From: Octopus vulgaris
Taxonomy: Eukaryota
Reading direction: 5' to 3'
DNA: 64,000 bases
Assembly: GCA_951406725.2 (NCBI GenBank)
Contig: OX597819.1
Coordinates: 118,730,001-118,794,000, forward strand
In this document: piece after piece, positions 12,486 through 26,190 of the stretch
Position numbering within the stretch: position 1 is the first letter of the stretch
Layout of the letters: each line of letters opens with the position of its first letter
Position numbers and translations under genes: made by a program
The notes under the pieces: generated by a model
Databases searched by the model: none
What the model saw: the letters and a program-made list of their open reading frames with translations, nothing else
Told to the model about the DNA's origin: nothing

Positions 12486-13580
12486 CATAAATACCAATAT
12501 AGTGAATACAAAATAGGCGTAACATCGACATAGAGCGTCACAATAAAAATACTACTGCTGCTGCTGCTGCTGATAATGATGATGATGATGATGACGATGA
12601 TGATTACGATGATTTTAACACTAAATAACTTCGTAAATATAAACTTTTCTCAAAAACTCTAATAGTTTATATTTACGAACTTATTTCGTGATAAAATTGT
12701 CGTATTTCGGTCAATTCAACCAATAAATGACGTGTATTCAGCTGGATACAATTACTGCTGTTGTTTGTCAACAACAACTTCTGGCGGTGTATTTCACCAA
12801 CATATCTGAATTTATAAAAGCCTTGTCCAATAGTTCCTTATCTTTATTAGTCTAGCTCAATAATAAATTATGTTAGGAGTGAAAGTTTATATTTCATAAG
12901 TATTTATTCATTTATTTATTTTATTCTATCAAATTTTACTTTTTACTCTATGTTGTTTTATTTATTTTTCTTAATTCTTGATTGTATTTTATAAGTTTTA
13001 CGTACCCTAGCGTTAAGTTAATATGTATTTTAAGTCTTTTAACCGTTTCGATATGTATAATAAATAATAGATTGCCTGGAATGTCTTCCAACTTAATTAA
13101 ATATTAATAATAACTGTACACACTTTAATTAAAATCTACGTACTAATTTTCTAATTTAATATGGATGGACAATATATGACATTTATACCAATAAACCTAC
13201 TTGAGTTTTCCTTATGCTAAACTCTCTAAATGAATATATTGATCTATTATTACTTTTCAATTCTAATATAACCAAATTTCCTCTCCTTTCTAAGGTCTAT
13301 ACCATTTTTTATACTATGATTTTCATGCATACATTTTATGAGTTAACACTTTGCAGCCGTTTACTCAACATGCAGGAATTGAACATCTATTTTGTAAATT
13401 TCAAACTAACTTTGAGGAGATTCGACTTTCAAATAACTTTTCATTTTCATTTTATTAATTAATGACTATTGTTATAAAGGTCTTGAATAGAAACAGTCGC
13501 AATTCTTTAATTAAAAAATAACAATTTACTATTCATCTCTCGATTTTCTTATCTTATCTTATATATATATATATATATAT

Positions 13581-14396
13581 TATATAAAAGGGCTTAGTAA
13601 AATAAATTACTTTGCCACATACTGAACTCATTAGAAATAGTAGCTAAAAAAACTTTTTTAAAACTATTTATAATACTTAAAGAAAATCTCTCTCATATAG
13701 TGTTTGCTCAACTCAACTCACGAAAGTATGGGGGTAAAGACATAAAAAAATCAAATGCAAAGGTTATTTGAGAACGTACGTTTCTAGATTAGTCAACTCG
13801 ACATTTCTTTCTTCAGCAAATAGAGCGAGATGAATTATAATTTCAACAATTGAGGGTAAAATTTAATGCTTCGGATTTTACCGAAAAAGCATAGTGTTTA
13901 CTGATTTTAACCCACGCTGGTGGAAAGGGGAGAGCAGAAATTCTTCGCTTGCATATTTTGAGTTTGCTGGCACTGATAGTTCGAGCAGATCTTCAGAAGC
14001 GATAAGAAGCCGAAAGGGTATGCTCCCACTTTCAGTGTTTTCAAATCCAAACCAAGGAGTTCTGAGCTGTAGAAAGAAATGTCGAGTTGACTAATCTAGA
14101 AACGTACGTTCTCAAATAACCTTTGCATTTGATTTTTTAATGTCTTTACCCCCATACTTTCGTGAGTTGAGTTGAGCAAACACTATTTGAGAGAGATTTT
14201 CTTTAAGTATTAGGAATAGTTTTAAAAAGTTTTTTTAGCTACTATTTCTAATGAGTTCAGTATGTGGCAAATTAATTTATTTTACTAAGCCCTTTTATAT
14301 AATGTAATAATTTGAATTCGCCTTAAATGGTCCCTTTGCATACTGAATACTTGGTGAAATTGATTAATAATTCATTAATTTTACCCTCAATTGTTG

Positions 14397-14400
<4 letters not shown>
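13581..14400. mobile_element. (TA)n-flanked non-coding PLE pLTR-like module with about 230-bp inverted repeat
   Basis: 13581-13812 is the reverse complement of about 14070-14300; homologous to 57787-58240; each arm contains a hammerhead motif. Confidence 0.8.
14063..14114 (+). ncRNA. Type I hammerhead motif (core mutated to CUGUAGA in this arm; CUGAAGA in the inverted arm at about 13770-13817)
   Basis: UGAG-CUG(U/A)AGA-stem II-GAAAC-GUAC-GUU-CUCA; palindromic ACGUACGU around loop III. Confidence 0.6.
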
Positions 14401-14445
<45 letters not shown>

Positions 14446-14446
<1 letters not shown>

Positions 14447-14885
14447 TTAAATCCTTAAAAATGTTTTAGCCCGAAGGCCGCGGCCATGCTGGGGCACCAC
14501 CGCTGAATGAGCCACACTAGTTTGTGAATCCACCTCTGATACGTGGCACTTGATCAACAAGGAGTTCGATGCTGCTGCCCGCATCCGTGTCTCCTGTCGT
14601 GAGGTAGGTTCATCTGGGACTCCCAACAAGAAGAGATCCAGTTTATATCCACACCATGTAAGTCTCTCAGGCATTTAGGGAGGATGTTGAAAAGCTGTGG
14701 TCCTCTGAAACCCAAGCTGTTGCAGTATCTGGACCTGTATTTTGATGGTGATGTTGGAATCCTTGGCACCACGCAGCGGCGCCCGTTCTGCGGTTGGAGT
14801 AACTTTGAATGCCAAAGTTTGGGACAAGACCCTCCAGGATTTTCCAGATGTATATTACTGCATATCTCTCCCGCCTCCGCTCCAG
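14446..14885 (-). mobile_element. 3' fragment of the CR1-group LINE including complete 3' tail
   Basis: MVPRIPTSPSKYRSRYCNSLGFRGPQLFNILP is near identical to the ORF2 end at 29770-29960; ends in (TTAAGGAT)-type short repeats. Confidence 0.92.
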
Positions 14886-14922
14886 GGAGAAGAGGTTATA
14901 TATATATATATATATAAGAGGT

Positions 14923-14959
<37 letters not shown>

Positions 14960-15022
14960 TTCTAGATGTGTAAATATATGCGTGTGTATGTAGATAAATA
15001 AAACACACACACACATATATAA

Positions 15023-15393
<371 letters not shown>

Positions 15394-15487
15394 CATACTT
15401 GTGTATGAGGGTGTCTGTATGTGAAAGGGCAATGATTGAGTAATGGCTCTCTGCTACCCTGCTGTGTGAATTCCTTTACGTTCTTGT

Positions 15488-15749
15488 TGTAATCGTCTGC
15501 CAGACAGTTATAACGTCCATCCCTCTATACCATTATAGTTCAAGAAATAAGACACGGCTATCTATCATCGACAACTCGACTCATTCTCTTGACATCTTAT
15601 GTCACAGTATTTATAACGGCTTACACAAACCCCACGGCATGTGGAAATGACGTTCGATTATTACTATTATTTCCATAACATCTCTGAAATTTTCGTTTTT
15701 TTTGTTAAGGAGTATAATTTTATTTCTGTTATTAGATATAATGTTTACA
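15488..15749 (-). repeat. Putative 3' LTR (262 bp) of the Gypsy element
   Basis: TGTAA...TTACA termini on the minus strand, internal TATAAATA, directly after the polypurine tract. Confidence 0.6.
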
Positions 15750-17560
15750 TCACCCCACCTCGGTTTTTTATTTGTTTTTATACACTAATACAATTATTAT
15801 TTTTAGCTCTGGCATCCACTTCCAGGATCTCCGTACAATTTCTTTTTCTTTCGCTTGTGTGTCTTAGTTAAATTACTTTTAGTGGCGTCGGTACTTGAAA
15901 AGTGTCGTATAACCTTTCAATTCCTTCTTCCATTCTCTTCGGTTTTATTCTCAACGAATCCTTTTTATTTTGTTTTTGTTAGTTGAGTAAGGTCTCTTGT
16001 ATACCACTTTTCTTTCTTTTCCGAAGCATAGTATTTCTTCCAAAATTTGTTTTCCGTCCTTATATGCTCTCATGAATACCTTTTCAGCAAATGTAAATGT
16101 CTTACTATATTATCCGTTGCAATTTTCCTTTTCTTAACAAGTAGTAATTTATCGAAGACTGATCTTATTGCCGTCGCAAACATCAGCTCTGCTGGTGACA
16201 TTCCTGCTCGATTATTTGAATTTGGTAGAACACTATATAATCTTAGTAATTTTCCTAAAGCTACGACACCCGTGACTTCCTTTTTCGACTTTCTTAGGTC
16301 TCTCTTCAACGTATCCACAAGTCATTCTTCTTGTCCATTAGATATTGGATAGGATTGTTCTGTAGTTACATGTTCTACAGCGAACGTTTTTCAAAACTTT
16401 TTAAACTCAAAAATGCACAAATTGCGTTCCATTTTCAGACACTATAGTTGCTGGGACCTCAAATTTCACAAACAGCTCTTATAGTAAATTTATCGCTGTT
16501 GATGAAGCTGGCTTCTTACACCGACAATTTTCTGACCTTTAGAGAGACTATTACTACTCAGTAGTATGAACCGTTCAATGAACCAGTGAAATCGATATGT
16601 AGTTTCGACCATGGAAAATTTACTTTTGTTCAAAGTTCATATTTTATCGTCATTAATTTAGCCGCTAGAGCACATCCTCTGCTGACTTTCACGAAATTTT
16701 CGACGTCTGTATCCAATTTTGGCCAGTATACGTAACTTCGCGTTAAAGCTTACATCCTCGAAAAACTAAGATGTCCGACATCGAATTCCCTCAACCTTTT
16801 CCATTACAGTATTTTCAGGTATTACTACTCTCTGTGCATACATCAGTCCGCCATCACAAATTGAGCATATGTTCAAGTATTGGTTTCGTTTCGCACCAAT
16901 CCTGTTCCTATTTGATTTTCTGTACACAGTATTCTTTTCATTTCTATTATGAATTTGTCCCTCTCTTCCTTTCATTTTATATCATCTAGGGTCCCCAAGA
17001 ATTCGTGTACCACTTTCCATATTGCATTAACAAAATCTTCTTCTGACCTTTTTCGAATGACTCGCAGTGTTTCGTTATCTGCCTAGACAAGCCAATCGCA
17101 TTGTCTAGTATTTTTGATGGTAAATATTCCATTTTGTAATAATAATTCAATAATGTAGTGCCCCGTTCGTTGTCTGTGATTCCATTTATAGAACCGTGAA
17201 TTGATATTAGTGTGCGATGATTCATTTCTGGATAGAAACATCTTCCATGAATAAATCTACGCATTTTTACAACGAAAATGATCGCTAACGCTTCTATTTG
17301 TATTTGACTATGGTTCTTTTCTGCTTGTAGAAACGATGGTGGCGCATGAGATATAGTATTTTAACCTATCATAATATTTGTGGTGGATCACTGTTCTTAG
17401 GACGTAATCACTCGCATCTGTAGACAAGATAATATCCAGCTTAGGATTATAATGCGTTAACGATAAGTTCGATGTTAAAAAGGTTTTTCAATTCATCAAC
17501 TGCTTTCTGGCATTTATTAGTCTAGAACCATTTTGAATTTTTCTTTAACAAATCCTTAAA
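15488..17560 (-). mobile_element. Decayed Ty3/Gypsy LTR retrotransposon (RNase H-integrase plus 3' LTR)
   Basis: RRFIHGR...HRTLISIHGS...LLNY.YKMEYL...GLSR (RNase H) and DTLKR.LRK...SPAELMF...IRSVFD (integrase); purine tract GAGGTGGGGTGA precedes the LTR. Confidence 0.82.
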
Positions 17561-19078
17561 TCCGGAATACTAGTACGGCTAGTCCCTCGACTGACTCTCC
17601 CGAATTCTTTCCTCGCATGGGAGGCGTGTTCCATTATTACTACTTTACCTATAACACTCACTTAACTGACAATATTCCTTGGTTTTAATTGTTTCATGTG
17701 ATTATAGTCGGTTAGGCTTTACACTATGGAAGGCGATTCATTACGAAATAATAATGTTGCTTGATCTCTTTTCATTGCCGATATAACCATGCCGTCTAGT
17801 TTCATAACAAAATCGAATGTTTTTTTTCAAAATATCATTTATCCAAAAATGTTGGTACTATGTTACCTGTTGATAACTGTTTAACATTTTACCTGATGAT
17901 CATGGATTTTATAGCGCAATGATTTCTATGAATACATTAATAAAATGTAATAGAGATGCGTAAATTTTAAGTATCCAGCATTTTCTTTTATACCTACGCC
18001 AGTTATAGAAGTTGCCATGAAATGGATCTGCCGACTGAACTGGATATGGTAATTATATACCTACAATCTCCTATCAACGCATGATACCTTCATCGCTGAT
18101 TACCTCACTGTAATCTATGTTACTCTATGTTACTGTGCAGAATAAATCGACCTTATGGGAATACAAAATTTGCAGGTTTATAACGCAACGAGACCCAGCC
18201 TGAGACGGTGAAATTCGGAAATTTCTTACCTCACAGTCGAGCCCGCGCCTGCATATGTGCTCATTCATTTAATACTTGGTGAACGTTCAGTGAATATTCT
18301 TTTGCTTTGTCGGGGTACATCTGTTGTTATCAACGTTTCTTGAATAAGAAGGGCAGTGTATTTTCTACCGACAACTAAATGAAATGTCACATCTATTATA
18401 ATGTATTTCCATCCCACTCTAAAAAGGTAAAACAAGATTATGATGCTGAAATAGGTTTCAATGAAAATGGCATTGAGAACAGCCTCATAAAATGCATCAT
18501 TCGTTCGTTTCGACTATAAAAAGGATTAATTCGTAAAATAAATAAATGCATGTAACTGGCAATGTAAATGTATTCAATATATAACCCTGACCTCACACGT
18601 GTGGTTGATGTATTACTTTCGGCGAATCGAGTTTCGTAAGTAAATGCTAACTAATAAAAGTTAATTAAGCAGTGGCTTCAGGGCAAAACTAAGCAATTGG
18701 CTATTATTTATTTGTTGTTTGCAAGGAAGTAAAACATAAAAATGTAATTACCTACAGGTTTTCCAGCAATAGATATTGACATTATTTTAATATTAATTCT
18801 ATTGCTTATATCCACAAACATTGCAGCACATATAAAAAGTAAGAAACGTCGAGATATTCTAAAACATATATAGAAGTATATATATTTATATACACATTTG
18901 AAGAACATATACATGCATATATATTTATATAAACATCTACAAGCATTTAACATATATATATATATATATATTAATGTGTGTTTGTGGAGTACACGTAAGA
19001 GTGTGTGTATTCGTGTATGTGCATTTATGTATGTATACATGTATATGTGTATGTATGTAGTGTGAGATCTAAATAAAT

Positions 19079-19114
<36 letters not shown>

Positions 19115-19789
19115 AAGAAACACACATGTATCTATCTGTCTCTCTATATATATTTATCAATCTCAATATATATATATATATATGAGTGTATATGTGTACA
19201 TATATTCATATAAATATACACATATATACATAACTATAGGTGTTCATACAGAGAGAAACAATTATACATACAAACATACATACAGAAACACAGACACAGA
19301 TGCACACACACAGACATATGTATATGTACATACGTTTCAGGCATATGGAGCGCTACAACGCTGATGAATATCTGTGACTATGTCATTCGTAGTGAACTGT
19401 GAGTGTTTCTTGCCTCGAAGATATAGCACTTTTAAAACATAAAGAAATTACGCATATAATTGAATGTTCCATATATTGTTTGATAGAAACGGTTAAAAAA
19501 AAAAGTATGTTGTGCTTTAAGCAAATTTGAAGAATTTATTGCAGTGTTACGCTTTGGGGAAACGACGTGTTTGCACGAAGAATTAAGAAGACAAGCTTTA
19601 GTAATTGACGTACGGATCGATAAATAGGATACAAAAGACAGGCGGTAACATCTATTGACTGGTTTGTCATTAATGATTAATGCAAACGTTAATTCGCCCC
19701 ACCATTCGCTTCATTTTGTTATCGTTGTTGTTCTTGTTTTTGTTGCTGTTATTTCAGTGCCTTCTACCTGTTTTTTCTGATCCTATTTA

Positions 19790-20245
19790 TTTCTTTATTT
19801 TCTTCTTCTTCTTCTTCTTCTTCTTCTTCTTCTTCTTCTTCTTCTTCTTCTTCTTCTTCTTCTTCTTCTTCTTCTTCTTCTTCCACTCCTTCTTCTTTTT
19901 CTTCTTCTTCTTCTTCCACTCCTTCTTTTCCTTCTTCTTCTTCTTCCTCTTCTTCTTCTTCTTCTTCCTCTCCATCTTCTTTTTCCTCTCCTTCCTCTCC
20001 TTTTTCTTCTTCTTTTTCTTCTTCTCCTTCTTCTTCCTCTCCTTCTCCTTCCTCTTTTTCTTCATCTCCGTCTTCTTCATCTTCCCTTTCTTCTCCTTCT
20101 TCTCCTCCTCTTCTTCTTTTTCTTCTTCTTCTTCTCATTATTCCTCTTCTTCTTCTTCTTGTTCTTCCTCTCCTTCTCATTCCCCTTCCACTTCTTCTTC
20201 TTCTTCTACTTCTTCCTCTTCATCTTCTTCTCCCTCCTCTTCTTG
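19790..20245. repeat. (TTC)n/(TCC)n polypyrimidine low-complexity tract
   Basis: Direct reading; explains the poly-F/E/K ORFs. Confidence 0.95.
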
Positions 20246-20964
20246 TCATCGTCGTCGAGGTACCTGCTTGTATATTTTAACCTTTATTTGTGTGAGAAAA
20301 AGGCATTTAGAAAATATTGACTTGTAGATTTCTTTAAACTCATGTTATAGAATTTTGTAACATTATTTTTCTGCAATTTTTTTCTCGATTTCCATTTGCT
20401 ATATATTATATTTATTTACTTCTTATAAATCATTCTTTCATTGTGACATTATTTATTCTTTTTTTTTTCCTATATGTGAATTTCTCCTTATAATTTATTT
20501 ATACATTCTCACTTCATAATATTTTTTCTTCTTTCTACGTTTAAAACATTTTTCACTTGTTTTTGCTCTGTATAGGTGGTGAAACAGAGAAAATGAAAGT
20601 ATATATACACACCCATACACACACATATATATATATATATATACACGTCCCAACAAAAGCGCACACATTTCTAGACGACAACGTTATTGAACACGTACAT
20701 TTATTTATATATTGATAACTGCTTCTGGCAATTCATGAACAATTCATACGGCAGGAGTAGCACCAACAACAATGCGAAGAATATAATGTTGAATATTAAC
20801 TACACTTCAGCCTGAATGAGAGAAATCCCAAGTTAACTATTCCGTAGACATACACACAAAATCATTCACAACAATGCATATACACAAAATCTACACTAGA
20901 ACATATTTACATACTAAAACACACACACGCGCGCGCGAACACATTGTGATCAATAAATAAATGA

Positions 20965-22078
<1,114 letters not shown>

Positions 22079-22086
22079 GAACATGT

Positions 22087-22438
22087 AGGCGCAGGAGTGG
22101 CTGTGAGGTAAGTAGCTTGCTAACCAACCACATGGTTCCGGGTTCAGTCCCACCGCGTGGCATCTTGGGCAAGTGTCTTCTGCTATAGCCCCGGGCCGAC
22201 CAATGCCTTGTGAGTGGATTTGGTAGACGGAAACTGAAAGAAGCCTGTCGTATATACGTATATATATATGTATGTATGTGTGTGTGTGTTTGTGTGTCTG
22301 TGTTTGTCTCCCTAGCATTGCTTGACAACCGATGCTGGTGTGTTTACGTCCCCGTCACTTAGTCGATTTGCACGACTAAAGGCGGTGCTCCAGCATGGCC
22401 GAAGTCAAATGACTGAAACAAGTAAAAGAGTAAAAGAG
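22087..22438 (+). mobile_element. SINE family B (internal deletion in 3' half)
   Basis: tRNA-like head GGCGCAGGAGTGGCTGTGAGGTAAG...GGTTCAGTCCC; internal TA/TG tract; tail GGCGGTGCTCCAGCATGGCC...GACTGAAACAAGTAAAAGAGTAAAAGAG. Confidence 0.92.
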
Positions 22439-22487
22439 TATATATACATATATATGTATATCATCTTTTGTTCTTTGGTTCTTTTCT

Positions 22488-22670
22488 TTGTTTCAGTCAC
22501 CTGACTGCGGCTATGTAGGAGCACCACCTTAAAGAGTTTTAATCGAAGAAATCGACCCCATGACTTTTTCACCGTAAACCTAATACTTATCTCTTTCCTT
22601 TGACGATCTGCTAGGGTTAGAAGGGAGATGGAGTTCCAAAACAGACACGTAACAACACACACATACACAC
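22488..22670 (-). mobile_element. SINE family B 3' half, tail-to-tail with the previous copy
   Basis: TTGTTTCAGTCACCTGACTGCGGCTATG...ATCGACCCC. Confidence 0.7.
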
Positions 22671-22677
22671 ACGCTTA

Positions 22678-23102
22678 TCTATATATATATATTTATATAA
22701 AACTGAGAATGTGTGTTTGACTGTCCGCCTGTGTGAATCCCTAAAACTGGAGAACTAAACAACTAATTCCATTTAAATTTTACACGTATCTTACTTAGGG
22801 TCCAAGGAGTGACATGGGCAAACCATTTTTTATATTCTTTCCTTGGGCGATCTCATAGCAATATCATATCTTCACTATGAATACCTAAAACTTGAGAACT
22901 ACACAACCAATTTAATTCAAATTTTACACATGCCTTACTTAGGTTCCATGTAGTGTCATGGGCAAAAAAAATGTTTAGCTTCTTGCCTAGGGCGAGCTGA
23001 CAGCAATATCACATTTCACTATTTCAGTATTACGTGTTAAAAATGAAACAAAAGCATCTCTCTATTGTATGTATATGGATGTATATATATATATATAGAG
23101 AG

Positions 23103-23157
<55 letters not shown>

Positions 23158-23256
23158 CAGATGCATACATGTATATGTATAGATGCATTTCTATAGATAT
23201 ACATCGATATGTATGAATATATGTAAGTCTATGTGTGTGTTTGTGTATGTGTGTGT

Positions 23257-23296
<40 letters not shown>

Positions 23297-23848
23297 GTAC
23301 ATATATGTATACACACACACACAGGCACACACACACATATATATATATAACATTGTTCTTGAAACGGTACTTCAAATAACGACTAGGTTTGGGTAACTGA
23401 CTGGTTATTGTGACCATTCGTCTTTTGGTTTCCTGTAGCTTTCCTCTCTTTTACAAGCCCATTGAACATATATTTCCTTTTTTCAAAGAAATTCAAACAA
23501 TAGATATAAAACCCAAGTTAAAAAGATTTTCAACAATTCAACTTTTCTGGTAGACATTAAGATGCCCACCCCCAACAGGTTCCTTAACTCTCACATTATA
23601 GAGCTCCATGACCTTCAATTTTTAGGAGCAAAACACTGGAATTTTGGAATATGCGCATAAAAATCAGTAGTATGGGATACATGTGGCACGATTATAATTT
23701 TTTTAAGGTGTGTAAAGAGGGAAATAATCCTCATCTGCAATTTTGATGAAATTCGAAACAGAGATATTCCAGATCATTACGGAAAATATAACAGAAAAGT
23801 CTAATTCTTCAATTGAATGTAACCGGGCAACGCCGGGTATCTCTTCTA

Positions 23849-23849
<1 letters not shown>
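22678..23849 (+). mobile_element. Non-autonomous Helitron-like element with internal about 145-bp tandem duplication and microsatellites
   Basis: A|TC start, 3' hairpin CCGGGCAACGCCGG then CTAG|T at 23846-23850; duplicated unit CTAAAACT(G/T)GAGAACTA at about 22741 and 22885. Confidence 0.6.
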
Positions 23850-23913
<64 letters not shown>

Positions 23914-23971
23914 AATGTATGTATATAAATATACATATATATACATATATATAATATCTTATATATATAAA

Positions 23972-24310
23972 TATATAATATTAATTAGAGACAAAACCAC
24001 TATTTTGCAAAACAAACAAGGAAAGACTTAATACATAAAATTTTAATAAAAATTTATATTTTAATATATTGATATTTTAGATCGGAAATCCACCTGAAGA
24101 TTGTCATTAGAAGACATGAAACAATTGTAGTGGCGGTTTTTTTACTTTTTTAACTTTTTATTAAAATTTTATGTATTGATTAAGTCTTTCCTTGTTTGTT
24201 TTGCAAAATAGTGGTTTTGTCTCTAATTAATATTATATAATATTTTACTATAAAATTGGATTTAATCCTAAATCTGATTTTTTCCCTGTAAATTTGGATT
24301 TATTCCCTAA

Positions 24311-24320
<10 letters not shown>
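23972..24320 (+). mobile_element. (TA)n-flanked pLTR-like module with about 80-bp inverted arms enclosing a hammerhead
   Basis: 23972-24055 is the reverse complement of about 24155-24239. Confidence 0.8.
24090..24133 (+). ncRNA. Minimal type I hammerhead ribozyme
   Basis: CCAC-CUGAAGA-U-UGUC-auuagaa-GACA-U-GAAAC-AAUU-GUA-GUGG; all core nucleotides present, palindromic CAAUUG loop III. Confidence 0.88.
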
Positions 24321-24384
<64 letters not shown>

Positions 24385-24438
24385 GTAAAACCCATCTACT
24401 TATATATGTACATATATATAAATATAGGTATATATAAA

Positions 24439-24469
<31 letters not shown>

Positions 24470-24557
24470 ATATTATAAGATGACGACGAACTAACAAGTT
24501 GAGTGTTAATGTGTCTCTCCTAAAGTTTAAAAAGACCTTCAAGAGATCGATGTTATC

Positions 24558-24790
24558 AGAAGTGAATTTTGTCTGTAAAGCAAATATAAGTGAAAGTACA
24601 AGACACTGTATTTGAGAAGAATATTTTCGCTTTTGATATAGTATAGAACATACCTCGCGAACATACCTCGCGAGCACATGTGTTGAAACCACGTGTGTTA
24701 CTTCCTGAAGTCGAAGTGAATTTTGTCTGTGAAGCAACGACAAGACGCTGTATTTTTGAGAAGGATATTTTCGCTTTTGGTGTGGTATAT
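24558..24790. repeat. Imperfect direct repeat of about 80 bp (GAAGTGAATTTTGTCTGT...ATATTTTCGCTTTTG), 2 copies
   Basis: Copies start at about 24558 and 24713; a short tandem ACATACCTCGCGA lies between them. Confidence 0.75.
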
Positions 24791-25189
24791 CCGCGTGTTT
24801 TGAAGACATCTGAAAATTTGCTGCCTGATACTAAATAGCTTAAGAAAATATTGAAAATATTGCATCTACTAACATCGGAACTCTATTCTTTTCTTTTGTT
24901 TACAAAATACAAGTAAAGAATACAGGAATATCGAAGGTCTGTCTTTTTATCTTTCTTTCTTCTAAAACAGTGAAGGTAAGTGTTCTCTCAGTCGGAAGTT
25001 AAGAAAATATTATTTATTATTAGTGTTCTCTCCACCAGAAGATAAAAAACAAAAAACGAAAACAAAAAACATTTATTATTATTAATTATCAACGATCTTA
25101 CGTCTAATAATACATATATATAATAATACATAATAATACATAGATGTAACCGCGATTATAGATATAAAAGATATAAAAATACACGCTAT

Positions 25190-26190
25190 TTGACTATCTG
25201 TGTAACCTGCCATACTCTCTCTCCATCTCTTTCTTACAATTCTTCCCCTTATCTGTCTCTCCATCCATCAGACCCTCTATTTCCGCTCTGTCTCTCCCTC
25301 TCTCTCACTCTCTGCCATCGTTTCTCTTTCGGCATCTCTCTCTCAGATCAACTTTCTCACATCTTACCCCCTCTCTGTTTCTCTTCTTCACTCATTCTCT
25401 CTATCCCACCGTCTCTCTTTTTCTCTCTCTCCCTCTCTCTCTCTGTAACTCTCCCTCCCTCTCTCCGCAACTTCACAGGTCAAACCCCTTTCTCTCTTCT
25501 CCCTCTGTCCTCTTATTTCTTTCTCTACACCACCCTCCCTGTCCCTTTACTACACTCTCTTGCACCTCTATCGTGCCCCCTCTTTCCCTCTCCCCTTTTT
25601 TCCTACCTTTCCTCTCTCTGCTCCCTCTAAGGTTCACCACTTGTCTTTTTTCCTCTTTTTGTCTCCTTTCTTCACACCACCCTCTCTGTCCCTTTACTTC
25701 ACTCTCGGGTGCCCCTATCCCGCCCTCTCTCACCCTTTCCATTTTCCCACTCTCCCATTTTTCTTTCTACCTTTCCTTTCCCTGCTCCCTCTAAGGTTCA
25801 CCCCCTTGTCTCGTTTTCCTCTCTCTGTCTCCTTTCTCCACACCACCCTCTCTATCCCTTTACTTCACTCTCTGTTACCTCTATCCCGCCCTCTCTCTCC
25901 CTCTCCATTTTATCTCTCCGCCTTTCTTCTCCCTGCTCCCCCTAGGGTCCATCCCCTTGTCTCTCTTTTCCTCCCTGTCCATTTACTCTCTCTCTACCAC
26001 ACCTCCATCCCGCTCACTCCCCCCCTGCTGACCTGCCATTCTTTCTCTATTCTCTCAGGACAATCCCCTCGTCTCTCCTCTCTATCCCCCCTGGCTGATC
26101 TGCCACCAGCTTTTCTCCTTTCTACTCTGCCTCTCAGGTCAACCATCTTATCTTTCCTTCTCTCTCAGTTCCTATATTTCACTCTCACTG
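25190..26190 (+). repeat. Pyrimidine-rich tandem array of about 80-165-bp diverged units upstream of the LINE
   Basis: Recurring AGGT(T/C)CA..CC..TGTC motif at about 25475, 25630, 25793, 25944, 26056 and 26135. Confidence 0.7.

Noticed and set aside
19680-20327. Long poly-Phe/Ser, poly-Glu and poly-Lys ORFs
   Set aside because: They result from a (TTC)n tract that lacks stop codons.
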